A DNA stretch of 44,623 bases, taken from Candidatus Micrarchaeota archaeon. Its GTDB lineage: Archaea > Micrarchaeota > Micrarchaeia > Norongarragalinales > Norongarragalinaceae. The stretch lies in NCBI GenBank assembly GCA_964634375.1, contig CAZWIQ010000001.1, forward strand, positions 1,200 through 45,822, read 5' to 3'. The position numbers and the translations under genes were made by a program. Positions 34,737 through 43,206 of the stretch are shown piece by piece (the first letter of the stretch is position 1; each line of letters starts with the position of its first letter). A model generated the notes under the pieces. It was not told the DNA's origin, searched no databases, and was given only the letters and a program-made list of their open reading frames with translations.

Positions 34737-35285
34737 TTGGTTTGGTGGTTTGCTTTGACTGAAGAAGACAAGTTGTTCAAGTCCCCCGAGGAAAAAAAGC
34801 GGGAGGAAAAACTCGTTGAAGAAAAGCCCGCGGGCGGGGAGAAAGCCGAGGCTAAGGAAGCTGCGGAGGAAGGCAAGGCCAAGACGGCGGTCGCTGCCGT
34901 GGCGAAGAAGGAAGCCGCAGCGAAGGAGGAAGCGAAGGCAGAAAAGAAAGCGGAAGAGAAAAAGAAGGAGACGGGCGAAAAAAAGGAAAAAGGCGAGAAG
35001 GGGAAGGAAAAGGAGAAGAAGCGGGAAATCGTTCTCCAGCGCGTGTTCGTCGTTCCTCTCGACGAGGCGTACTTCAAGCCGCGCAGTCACCGCGCTCGCG
35101 TTGCCACGCGCCTATTGCAAGCGTTTATCGCGAAGCACATGAAGGCGCCGCTCGAGAAAGTCCGCATCGCTCCGGCGTTGAATTCGTTGCTGCGCGTCAA
35201 AGGCGACCGCAAGCCGCCGAAGAAAATCCGCGTTTCCGCAAGCAAGGACAAGGACGGAGTCGCTCTCGCGGAACCCGCAAAGTGA
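34737..35285 (+). CDS. rpl31e: 50S ribosomal protein L31e (eL31) with about 95-aa Lys/Glu/Ala-rich N-terminal extension
   Basis: Core is QRVFVVPLDEAYFKPRSHRARVATRLLQAFIAKHMKA...PPKKIRVSASKDKDG. I could find no in-frame ATG/GTG/TTG in the stretch just upstream of the core that I read codon by codon (34983-35040), so the extension is probably translated. The precise start (TTG 34737/34755) is uncertain. Confidence 0.85.
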   Translation: MVWWFALTEEDKLFKSPEEKKREEKLVEEKPAGGEKAEAKEAAEEGKAKTAVAAVAKKEAAAKEEAKAEKKAEEKKKETGEKKEKGEKGKEKEKKREIVLQRVFVVPLDEAYFKPRSHRARVATRLLQAFIAKHMKAPLEKVRIAPALNSLLRVKGDRKPPKKIRVSASKDKDGVALAEPAK

Positions 35286-35369
35286 AAACGCAAAGTAAAA
35301 AAAGCTCGCGCGGCGTTGTAGTCAAATGCGGGCGCGGGCAAACGGCGGGGCAAACGGCGGTAATGCTTT

Positions 35370-36038
35370 TTGGAACTCAAAATAGCGAAAACCAGTGTTT
35401 ACAAGAACCCTTTCATAGGGCTGTTCATGAAAACGAACAACGAAGTCACGCTCGCGCCGCACGGAATCCCTAAAAAAAACGCCGAGCAAGCGAGGGAAGT
35501 CCTCGGAACGCGCGTCGTCCACGTCTTGATCGACCAGTCGCCGCTCGTCGGGTTACTCGCCGCGATGAATTCAAGCGGAGCGGTCCTCCCGTGTTTCGCC
35601 GAAAAGCACGCGGTCGCCTTGCTCAAAAAAGAGGGTTTGAACCCCCTCGTTTTCAAGGGTTCCTTGACGCCCGGAAACCTGATCGCGTGCAACGACCGCG
35701 CCGCCCTCGTCAGCCCGCTCGTGCCGCGAGACGAAGCGAAGCGCGTCGCGGACGCGTTGGGAGTCGAAGTTTTTCAGCAGGCGCTTGCGGGGAGCGCCGT
35801 CGTCGGCGCGGTTTGCGTTGCGACTAACAACGGCGTGCTCGCGTTCAACGAGGCGAGCGAACTCGAGTTGAAGTTCCTCGCCAAAATATTCGGGTGCAAG
35901 GCAATCGGGGGAACGAGCAATTTCGGGACGGTCTACAACTCGCTAGGCGTAGTCGCGAACGACAAGGGCGCGCTCGTGGGCGAAGCGACGACGGGATTCG
36001 AAATACAACGCGTATTCGAAGCCTTAAACAAGGATTAA
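35370..36038 (+). CDS. eif6: Translation initiation factor 6 (aIF6)
   Basis: VYKNPFIGLFMKTNNEVTLAP..., pentein-like repeats, NSSGAVLP and ATNNGVLA. TTG start. Confidence 0.9.
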   Translation: MELKIAKTSVYKNPFIGLFMKTNNEVTLAPHGIPKKNAEQAREVLGTRVVHVLIDQSPLVGLLAAMNSSGAVLPCFAEKHAVALLKKEGLNPLVFKGSLTPGNLIACNDRAALVSPLVPRDEAKRVADALGVEVFQQALAGSAVVGAVCVATNNGVLAFNEASELELKFLAKIFGCKAIGGTSNFGTVYNSLGVVANDKGALVGEATTGFEIQRVFEALNKD

Positions 36039-36066
36039 ACGCAAAAAAGCAAGGGGGCGTTCGTTC

Positions 36067-36483
36067 ATGGCTGAAATCTTCGATTCAAGCAAGGCGCCGG
36101 ACAGGCAGCGCTTCGCGCTGGAAGCCGCGTACTTGCGGCAGCAAGCTGAAGAACTCAACGCGCAAGTCCAGCAGCTCGCCGCGTTGTTTGCGGAAAACCA
36201 GGCGGCGCAAGCCGCCCTCGGCGCGCTCGCGAAGGCAAGCGCCGCGAAAGAACCGTCGCTCTCCCCGCTTGGAGCGGGAGTCTACGCGAAAACAAAGCCC
36301 GCCGGCGAAAGCGTCGTCATCGAAGTCGGCGCGCGCGTCGCGCGCGAGGCGAGCCAGAGCGAGGCGAACGCCGTTCTCGCGGAGCGCGCGAAAGCCATCG
36401 AGAAAGCGCTGGGGGAAGCGCGCGCCGCGTTGAGCGCGGCGTTGCGAAGAATGGACGAGTTAGGCGCGCTGGCTCAAGCATAG
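36067..36483 (+). CDS. pfdA: Prefoldin alpha subunit
   Basis: Coiled coil, then beta hairpins (LSPLGAGVYAKTKPAGESVVIEVGARVAREAS), then coiled coil. Conserved position between aIF6 and ftsY. Confidence 0.75.
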   Translation: MAEIFDSSKAPDRQRFALEAAYLRQQAEELNAQVQQLAALFAENQAAQAALGALAKASAAKEPSLSPLGAGVYAKTKPAGESVVIEVGARVAREASQSEANAVLAERAKAIEKALGEARAALSAALRRMDELGALAQA

Positions 36484-36535
36484 TTTTGCATGGTTTTTTC
36501 CTAAAGCGCGTTTTTACGGTCGACGGGCTGTTTGA

Positions 36536-37810
36536 ATGTTCGGTTTGCTGAAGAACAAGTTGAAGGCGTTCGTCGACGGAATAGTCAAGCGAGAGGAAAC
36601 GAAGGAAGCGAAGCCTGCGGAAGCGAAACCCGCCGAAGCAGTCAAGCCGAGCGAACCCAAGCCGGCGGAAGCCAAGCCTTTGCCGAAAAGAGTTGAACGC
36701 GTCGAAGACGAGATTTACGCCGAAGCAGCGCGCGAAATCGAGAAAACGGCGCCGAAACGCGAAGAACCGAAACCAAAGCAAGAATTCAAGCTGGAACCGC
36801 AAACTAAAACCGGGCCGAAGCGCGAACCGAAACCGGTTGAAACCGCAGCTACAGCCGCAAAACCGTATTTCGAAGTCAAGAAGCCCGCAGAAGAACCGAA
36901 AAAGGAACTCGCGCCGAAACTCGGGCTGCTGACAAAAATAAAAAGCGTTTTTTCCGGCGGCGTGGAAATCGGAGAAGGCGAAATCGCGCCCATGCTCGCG
37001 GAACTCGAGCTCGCGCTGCTCGAAAGCGACGTTTCCTACGACACGACGCAGTTCCTCGTCGCGGATTTGCGCCGCAGGCTCGCCGGAAAACGCATGGCGA
37101 AAGCCGCTCTCGGCGAAGCCGTCAACAGCGAAGTGCGGGCGGCGCTCCTCGACTTGTTCCCGATTCCGAAGAGCACCTTCGAAGACGTTGTGCGGCGCAA
37201 GAAAGCAAGCGGCGAACCGCTGGTGGTGCTTTTCCTCGGCCCCAACGGAATGGGGAAAACTACTACGATAGCGAAAATCGCGCGGTGGCTCGGCGAACGC
37301 GGTTACTCGTGCGTTCTCGCCGCGGGCGACTCGTTCAGGGCGGCGGCGATCGAGCAACTCGAACACCACGGCCGCGCGCTCGGCCGCGACGTCATCAAGC
37401 ACAAGTACGGTGCGGACCCGACGGCGGTCGCGTTCGACGCCGTGGCGCACGCGCGTGCCAAGCGCATCGACGTCGTTCTAGTCGACACTGCCGGACGTCA
37501 AGAGACGAACGTGAACCTCGTTAAGGAAATGGATAAAATGAGCCGCGTGCTCAAACCCGACCTCCGCGTTTTCGTCGGCGAAGCCGTCGCAGGGCACGCG
37601 CTCGTCGAGCAATTGAAGCGTTTCAAGGAAACCGCGGGAGTTGACGCGCTCGTTCTCACTAAACTCGATTGCGACGCGAAAGGCGGCAGCGCGTTCAGCG
37701 CCGCTTTCGAAGCGAAGCTCCCGATTCTTTTCATCGGCGTCGGGCAGGAGTACGGCGACTTGCGCGAATTCGACGCGTCGTGGCTCGTCAACAACGTAAT
37801 CGCTTCTTGA
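36536..37810 (+). CDS. ftsY: Signal recognition particle receptor FtsY
   Basis: Charged K/P/E/A-rich A-domain followed by the NG domain, with GPNGMGKTTTIAK, DTAGRQ and TKLDCDAKGG. Confidence 0.95.
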   Translation: MFGLLKNKLKAFVDGIVKREETKEAKPAEAKPAEAVKPSEPKPAEAKPLPKRVERVEDEIYAEAAREIEKTAPKREEPKPKQEFKLEPQTKTGPKREPKPVETAATAAKPYFEVKKPAEEPKKELAPKLGLLTKIKSVFSGGVEIGEGEIAPMLAELELALLESDVSYDTTQFLVADLRRRLAGKRMAKAALGEAVNSEVRAALLDLFPIPKSTFEDVVRRKKASGEPLVVLFLGPNGMGKTTTIAKIARWLGERGYSCVLAAGDSFRAAAIEQLEHHGRALGRDVIKHKYGADPTAVAFDAVAHARAKRIDVVLVDTAGRQETNVNLVKEMDKMSRVLKPDLRVFVGEAVAGHALVEQLKRFKETAGVDALVLTKLDCDAKGGSAFSAAFEAKLPILFIGVGQEYGDLREFDASWLVNNVIAS

Positions 37811-37919
37811 ATTGTGCGGCGCTGCGTCGTGCTGCGTGATTCTTCGCGCCGCCCCGCTTTTTGTTTTGGGAAACGGGTTTTTTAAGCGCGCTTGCGTTAG
37901 TTGTTTTCGTGAGCTGCTA

Positions 37920-38918
37920 GTGGCTGAATCGATTATCGAGCCGGTAAAGGATTTCGTCGGCCAAGTTGGCGCGGTCAAGATAGCCCTCGCGCTCTTGATA
38001 ATCCTGGTAGTCGCCGGCTACGTTTTGTTTTTCCCGAAGAACGCGGTTTTGACGGTCAACGTGCGCGCGCTCGACGGGGACGCGCTGCCGGGCGCCGAAG
38101 TCGTGCTTTCGAACGCGGACGGCGAAGTCGCCGCGACCGAGTACGCCGACGACGGCGGCGTCGCGCGGTTCGCGAGCGTCGCGCCGGGCGACTACACTGC
38201 GGCGGTCGACGCCGGCGGCGGGTTCAAGCCCGCGACGAAGTCGGTTTCCGTCGCGTCCGGCGCCGAGGAAAGCGTCGCAGTCGAAGTCGAACGCATTTCC
38301 TCCGTCACGGTGACCGCCGGCGAGAATCCGTCTTTCGTGCCGTTGTCGTGCGAGAAAAAGATTTTGTTCGAGCTCAAGAACGCCGGCGCGAGCGACGAGC
38401 AAGTCCAGCTCGTCGCGGACGGCGGGCTCAAGGACTTCTTTTCCGCGCCAGTTGTCTTCGTTCCCGCGGGCGGTTCGAATTACGCCGACGGGACGTTCCT
38501 GGTTTCGCGCGGCAAGCAAGGGGACGAGTTGAAAGGCCGCGTGCGCGTGAAAGGAACGCGCAACGGAGTGGATTTCTCGTTCGCGCTCGGAAACGCTCCG
38601 AGAATATCCGTGTCGCCGCAAACGATTTCCGGCAACGCCGCGCCAGGCGGGCTGATCCAGCAAAAAATCATGGTTACTAACGAGGGAAGCGAGCCCGTCG
38701 AGATAACGAAGGACCGCATCGTCGTGGAAGGGCATTACGCGGGGAGCTACGACTGGACTTACTTCGAGCCGCGTATCGAGCCCGGCGCAAAAGCGTCGTG
38801 GTGGATTGCGCTGCGCGTTCCGGAAAACGCGGTCGGCAAACTCGTCGGCGTGGTAAAGATTCCGTTGCCTTGCCGCACCGTCACAATCGACATAGACACG
38901 AACGCGAAAGAAGACTAA
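37920..38918 (+). CDS. Membrane-anchored beta-sandwich protein (CarboxypepD_reg/CARDB-like repeats), first gene of the pilus locus
   Basis: TM is AVKIALALLIILVVAGYVLFF. Next comes VNVRALDGDALPGAEVVLSNADGEVAATEYADDGGVARFASVAPGDYTAAV (carboxypeptidase-regulatory-like). Further beta-rich modules follow. GTG 37920 is preferred over the ORF-track start at 37812. Confidence 0.5.
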   Translation: MAESIIEPVKDFVGQVGAVKIALALLIILVVAGYVLFFPKNAVLTVNVRALDGDALPGAEVVLSNADGEVAATEYADDGGVARFASVAPGDYTAAVDAGGGFKPATKSVSVASGAEESVAVEVERISSVTVTAGENPSFVPLSCEKKILFELKNAGASDEQVQLVADGGLKDFFSAPVVFVPAGGSNYADGTFLVSRGKQGDELKGRVRVKGTRNGVDFSFALGNAPRISVSPQTISGNAAPGGLIQQKIMVTNEGSEPVEITKDRIVVEGHYAGSYDWTYFEPRIEPGAKASWWIALRVPENAVGKLVGVVKIPLPCRTVTIDIDTNAKED

Positions 38919-38951
38919 CTTTCCTAATTTTAGCGTTTTCTCCGAGCGGTT

Positions 38952-40556
38952 TTGAAACGTTTTATTAATGCGCGGAGCGTAAGCGGGTTCATGCCTTACT
39001 TGGAAGAATTGATGCGCGAGTCCAAGGAAAAAAAAGGCGGGGTCGCCGCCTCCGCTGCAGCGCCGGCCGCCGCTTTCGCGGCGCGCGCGGGCGAAGCGCG
39101 CGAAGCGCAAAAGAAGATGCTCGTCGAGTCGTACGGCGAAGTGCGCGTTTGGAAGACTGCCGGCGACCCGCTCCTGCTTTACGAGGTTCCGTCGCCGCAC
39201 TACAAGGGAGAGGAAAAAAAGCTCATCACGGACTTGATGGACATCGCGATTCGCGTGATGCCCGCGGAATTCTCGGCGGAATACTCGCAGGAGGAAATCA
39301 GGCGCCAGTACGTGAAACGCGTTCTCGACATAATAGAGTCCGCGCCGGAACTCCGCATTCCGCCGTCGCTCAAAAACTTTTACGCCAACGCCGTAGTCCG
39401 CGAAATGGTTGGGTACGGGCTCATAGACCAACTCATGCAGGACGACTTGCTTGAAGAGATAATGGTCATCGGGCAAAACAAGCCCGTCTACGTCTTCCAC
39501 CGCAAGTACGACATGATGAAGACGAACATCGTGTTTTACGACGAGAAGGACATTCTGGATTTGATAGACCGGCTGGCGCGCACGGTAGGGCGGCGAGTCG
39601 ACACGCAAATGCCGTTGCTCGACGCGCGCTTGAAGGACGGCACGCGCGTCAACGCGAGCCTGCCGCCCGCCACCATCGACGGCCCGACGGTAACGCTGCG
39701 CAAATTCAGGTGCGACCCGTTCAGCGTCGTCGACTTGATAAAGTTCGGGACCATCAGCCTAGACGTCGCCGCCTTCCTGTGGCTCGCGGTGGACGGGAGC
39801 GGAGTGCTGCCGGCGAACATTCTCGTGAGCGGCGGGACGGCGAGCGGAAAAACGACGACGCTGAACGTGCTTTGCTCATTCATTCCCAACGTGGAACGCA
39901 TAATCACGATCGAAGACACCGCGGAGCTTTCGCTGCCGTTGACGCACCTCGTGCGGTGCGAAACGCGCCCCCCGGGAATCGAGGGGACCGGCGAGATAAC
40001 GATGAACTCGCTGCTCAAGAACGCGTTGCGCATGCGCCCCGACCGCATAATCGTCGGCGAAATCCGCGGCGAGGAAGGATACACGATGTTCAGCGCGATG
40101 AACGTCGGCCACCGCGGTTCTCTCGGCACAGTCCACGCGAACTCGGCGCACGAGACGCTGATCCGTTTGACGAACCCGCCGATCAGCGTTCCCCTCGTGA
40201 TGCTGACGCCTTTGAACTTCATCATAATGCAGAACCGGGTGCACGACTTGCGGAAAGGCACGATTCGCCGCATCACGGAAGTCGCGGAACTCACGGAAGT
40301 CGACGCGGACGGGCCCAAGATGCAAGTGTTGTGGTCGTGGGACGCCGCGAAAGACGAGATTTACAGGACCGGCGCGAAAAGCGTTTACTTCCAGATGCTG
40401 AGCCGCTTCAGCGGCTTGAGCGAGCAGCAAATCAACGTCGAAATCGAGGAGCGCAAGAAAATCTTGCAGGACCTCGCGTCCCGCGGAGTGCGTTCGCTTG
40501 AGGAAGTCGGGGCGGTTACCCAGAACTACATAAACTCGAGGATAGGCGGCGCTTAA
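38952..40556 (+). CDS. Type IV filament assembly ATPase (archaeal FlaI/PilB/TadA-CpaF-like, GspE family)
   Basis: Walker A is SGGTASGKTTTLN. Asp box and Walker B are ERIITIEDTAEL / PDRIIVGEIRGEE. His box is GHRGSLGTVHANSA. The start may be ATG 38991. Confidence 0.92.
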   Translation: MKRFINARSVSGFMPYLEELMRESKEKKGGVAASAAAPAAAFAARAGEAREAQKKMLVESYGEVRVWKTAGDPLLLYEVPSPHYKGEEKKLITDLMDIAIRVMPAEFSAEYSQEEIRRQYVKRVLDIIESAPELRIPPSLKNFYANAVVREMVGYGLIDQLMQDDLLEEIMVIGQNKPVYVFHRKYDMMKTNIVFYDEKDILDLIDRLARTVGRRVDTQMPLLDARLKDGTRVNASLPPATIDGPTVTLRKFRCDPFSVVDLIKFGTISLDVAAFLWLAVDGSGVLPANILVSGGTASGKTTTLNVLCSFIPNVERIITIEDTAELSLPLTHLVRCETRPPGIEGTGEITMNSLLKNALRMRPDRIIVGEIRGEEGYTMFSAMNVGHRGSLGTVHANSAHETLIRLTNPPISVPLVMLTPLNFIIMQNRVHDLRKGTIRRITEVAELTEVDADGPKMQVLWSWDAAKDEIYRTGAKSVYFQMLSRFSGLSEQQINVEIEERKKILQDLASRGVRSLEEVGAVTQNYINSRIGGA

Positions 40557-40602
40557 AACCGCTTGCCGCGTAACATTAAAGCGAAAGACGGAATAAAAAC
40601 GC

Positions 40603-41778
40603 ATGACGGCGCGCGACGGCGCGCGGAAACGCGGTAAGCGAAAAACGCGGCGCGCGGAAACGCGGCGAGCGTTGCGAGCGGTGATTAAGGTTTTGGTTGA
40701 CTCCGAACGCCTGCGCAAAATGCGCGAGTTGATTGAAACTCCAGTCGAAGGCGCGAAGACCGCGCGAGAGGAATTCGACGTGGATTCCACCGTGCGCCGG
40801 CTCAGGGCGCGCGAGAAAAAAGGTTCGCCGGCGTTGTTCCTCGCTTCCCAGAAAAAAATCGGCGAAACGCAGCGCAAACTCGATTTTTCGAAGTCCCTAG
40901 TGGAATTGACGGGTTTCTTCAAGAGCGCTTACTCCTCGTTCAAAAAACCGTTGTCGGGCGTGGCTTCCTTCTTGTCGCGCACGCCTTTCGCCGCCAACCT
41001 GGCGCTGATGCTCGAGTGCGCGGGCTACGCGATGAGCGTCGAAACGTTCCTGGTAATCGCCAGCGTCCTCGTCGCGCTCGCCGCGGTTTGCACGCTCGCG
41101 CTGTTCCTCGCTTTGTCCGTCGCATTCAACGACGTGCTCGTCGCCGCGATAGCGCCGCTCGCCGCGTTGTGCGCCGCCATTTTCTTCACGGTCATCCCGT
41201 TTCTCTACCTTTCCGTGCGCGCGTCCTCGCGCGCCCGCGCGATAGACCGCGTTCTTCCTTTCGCGCTCATGCAAATCGCGACGCAGGTGCGCGCGGGCGT
41301 GTCGTTCCACCGCTCGCTCGAGTCGGTCGCGAACGCGGACTACGGCGTGCTGAGCGCCGAGTTCAAGAAGCTGACGCGCGATTTGCAGCAGGGGTTGAGC
41401 ACCGAGGACGCGCTCACCCGCTTCTACAACCGGACGAAGTCGCAGTCGCTGCGCAAAGCGCTGCTTCAAGTCATCCGTTCGTTCAAGACGGGCGGGAACC
41501 TCTCGAAGATAATAAACGACATCGCGCAGGACGTGGCGTTCGAGACGCAGATGAGCATCCGCGACTTCACTGAGAAGCTAAATTTCATCAACGTAATCTT
41601 CATCATGGTCGCCGTCGTCGCGCCCGTCAGCGCGACGGTGCTTTCCGCGATCCTGCAGATTCCCTTGTTCTCGTCGGGGCTTCCTTCGTATTTCATTTAT
41701 TTGTCTTTCGGCGGAATCACTGCGGCGATGATAGGCGTGCTTTACGTCACGAAGCAGATAGAACCCGCCGCGTGGTGA
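40603..41778 (+). CDS. Type IV filament platform protein, single T2SSF domain (TadB-like half)
   Basis: Basic N-terminus and TM helices. The T2SSF-type cytoplasmic domain is RVLPFALMQIATQVRAGVSFHRSLESVA...LSTEDALTRFYNRTKSQSLRKALLQVIRSFKTGGNLSKIINDIA. Confidence 0.8.
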   Translation: MTARDGARKRGKRKTRRAETRRALRAVIKVLVDSERLRKMRELIETPVEGAKTAREEFDVDSTVRRLRAREKKGSPALFLASQKKIGETQRKLDFSKSLVELTGFFKSAYSSFKKPLSGVASFLSRTPFAANLALMLECAGYAMSVETFLVIASVLVALAAVCTLALFLALSVAFNDVLVAAIAPLAALCAAIFFTVIPFLYLSVRASSRARAIDRVLPFALMQIATQVRAGVSFHRSLESVANADYGVLSAEFKKLTRDLQQGLSTEDALTRFYNRTKSQSLRKALLQVIRSFKTGGNLSKIINDIAQDVAFETQMSIRDFTEKLNFINVIFIMVAVVAPVSATVLSAILQIPLFSSGLPSYFIYLSFGGITAAMIGVLYVTKQIEPAAW

Positions 41779-41811
41779 ACGCTGCACGAAAAATCCGAAA
41801 CACTATTTGCG

Positions 41812-42732
41812 GTGAATCGAAAAATGGCTTCGGAGAAAAAAACGGGCTGGTTTTCGCAGTTGCGCGAGTACTACGACGGCACGGGCATAATGCTTTCCTT
41901 TGCCGTGTTCGTCGCCTCGTTCCTCGTGCTGGCCTTGCTAGTATTCTTCATTCTGGCCTCGCTGCGCCTGAGCTTATTGACGTCCGCGATTTCGTTCCTT
42001 GCGGTAATGAGCCTGGTCGTCGCGATTCCGATTAACATGCGGGACGCGCGCATCGCGGCAATCGAGGAAGCGCTGCCCGACGCGCTGAAGCACATGGCGC
42101 TCGTGCTCCGCGCCGGCGGGACGACGGAATCGGCCGTCAACGAAGTCGCGAGCGCGAATTACGGGCTTCTCAGCAAGGACTTCCAGTCTTCGCTGCGCGC
42201 GATTCGCGAAGGAAAGCCTTTCGACGAAGTGCTCGCCGACCAGGCGAAGCGCTCGGGTTCGCTGTTGTTCAAGCGCACGGCGCTGATCATAATCGACGCG
42301 CGCCGCGCGGGCGCGGGAATCGCGGACGTGATGTTCCAGATCGCGGACGACGCGCGCGAGGTGTCGCGCATCAAGCGTGAGCGTTACTCGCGGACGACGA
42401 TGCACGTGATTTTTCTCGTTTCCGCGGCGCTGCTCCTCGCGCCCTTCATTTTCGGGTTCACGATAAGCATTGTCAACTACATCAACGTGGGCATTACCGG
42501 TGCGCTGCCAAGCGCGCCGAGAAGCAGCATGTGCGAGTTGAACACGCTTTTGCTTTTGTTCATCGCCGCGCAGACGATAATAACGTCGATATCGCTCGGA
42601 ATAATCCGCGAGGGGAAGACAGTCAAGTATATATTGTACGCGCCCCTCATGGTTTTGATGAGCCTCCTCGTTTTCGAGGCGGGCAAGTGGTTTTCGTTGT
42701 CCATAATCGGCGGGGCTGGTATGGTTTGTTGA
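41812..42732 (+). CDS. Type IV filament platform protein, single T2SSF domain (TadC-like half)
   Basis: The T2SSF domain is LPDALKHMALVLRAGGTTESAVNEVA...GKPFDEVLADQAKRSGSLLFKRTALIIIDARRAGAGIADVMFQIADD, flanked by TM helices. Confidence 0.8.
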   Translation: MNRKMASEKKTGWFSQLREYYDGTGIMLSFAVFVASFLVLALLVFFILASLRLSLLTSAISFLAVMSLVVAIPINMRDARIAAIEEALPDALKHMALVLRAGGTTESAVNEVASANYGLLSKDFQSSLRAIREGKPFDEVLADQAKRSGSLLFKRTALIIIDARRAGAGIADVMFQIADDAREVSRIKRERYSRTTMHVIFLVSAALLLAPFIFGFTISIVNYINVGITGALPSAPRSSMCELNTLLLLFIAAQTIITSISLGIIREGKTVKYILYAPLMVLMSLLVFEAGKWFSLSIIGGAGMVC

Positions 42733-42863
42733 AAAAAACTTTGAAAGAACGCGGGTGGAAGGCGAAGGCGCAGACGGCGCTCGAGTACCTGATGCTGGTG
42801 GCCGCGATAATCGGGCTCATCACGCTGCTGGCTTACGTCTTCAAGACGAGAATATTCGAGTGA
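42729..42863 (+). CDS. Minimal pilin-like protein with class III (DUF361/Gln+1) signal peptide, about 44 aa
   Basis: My own translation is LKKTLKERGWKAKA|QTALEYLMLVAAIIGLITLLAYVFKTRIFE-stop. The K-A-Q-T-A-L-E-Y-L motif is followed by a single hydrophobic helix. The TTG start overlaps the stop of the previous gene. Confidence 0.6.
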   Translation: MKKTLKERGWKAKAQTALEYLMLVAAIIGLITLLAYVFKTRIFE

Positions 42864-42871
42864 CGCCGGAC

Positions 42872-43141
42872 ATGCTTTTGCTCAAGCCCAGGAAAAGCCA
42901 GGTTTCGCTCGAGTACCTTCTGCTTATAGCGGGCGCGCTCGTGCTCATCGTCATACTCCTGTTTTTGTTCAAAGGCAACTTGTTTGGGCCGGCCGAATCC
43001 GACATCGCGAACCGCAGCGGCGAAATCAAGGGCGTGATTTCAAGCCTGCAGCCAACGGAAGGCGGCGCGGGCGCGGACGGAGAAGCGGACGCGGACAAAG
43101 GAACGGACGGGCTCCCGACGCCCAAGCAGCCGTTCACTTGA
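42872..43141 (+). CDS. Pilin-like protein with class III (DUF361/Gln+1) signal peptide, 89 aa
   Basis: MLLLKPRKS|QVSLEYLLLIAGALVLIVILLF... matches the archaeal QxSxEYL prepilin motif. The C-terminus is G/A/D-rich. GTG 42860 is an alternative start. Confidence 0.7.
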   Translation: MLLLKPRKSQVSLEYLLLIAGALVLIVILLFLFKGNLFGPAESDIANRSGEIKGVISSLQPTEGGAGADGEADADKGTDGLPTPKQPFT

Positions 43142-43206
43142 AAGCGGCTCGTGCGGGTGCTTGCGTCGCGCGCGGGGCTGCGCTCGCGTTTTGCGCGCGG
43201 CGCGCC

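Noticed and set aside
34672-34760. C/D box sRNA candidate: GUGAUGA at the rpl39e stop codon and CUGA about 85 nt downstream.
   Set aside because: The box spacing is too long for archaeal C/D sRNAs. No C'/D' boxes or terminal stem are present. The CUGA lies inside the rpl31e reading frame.
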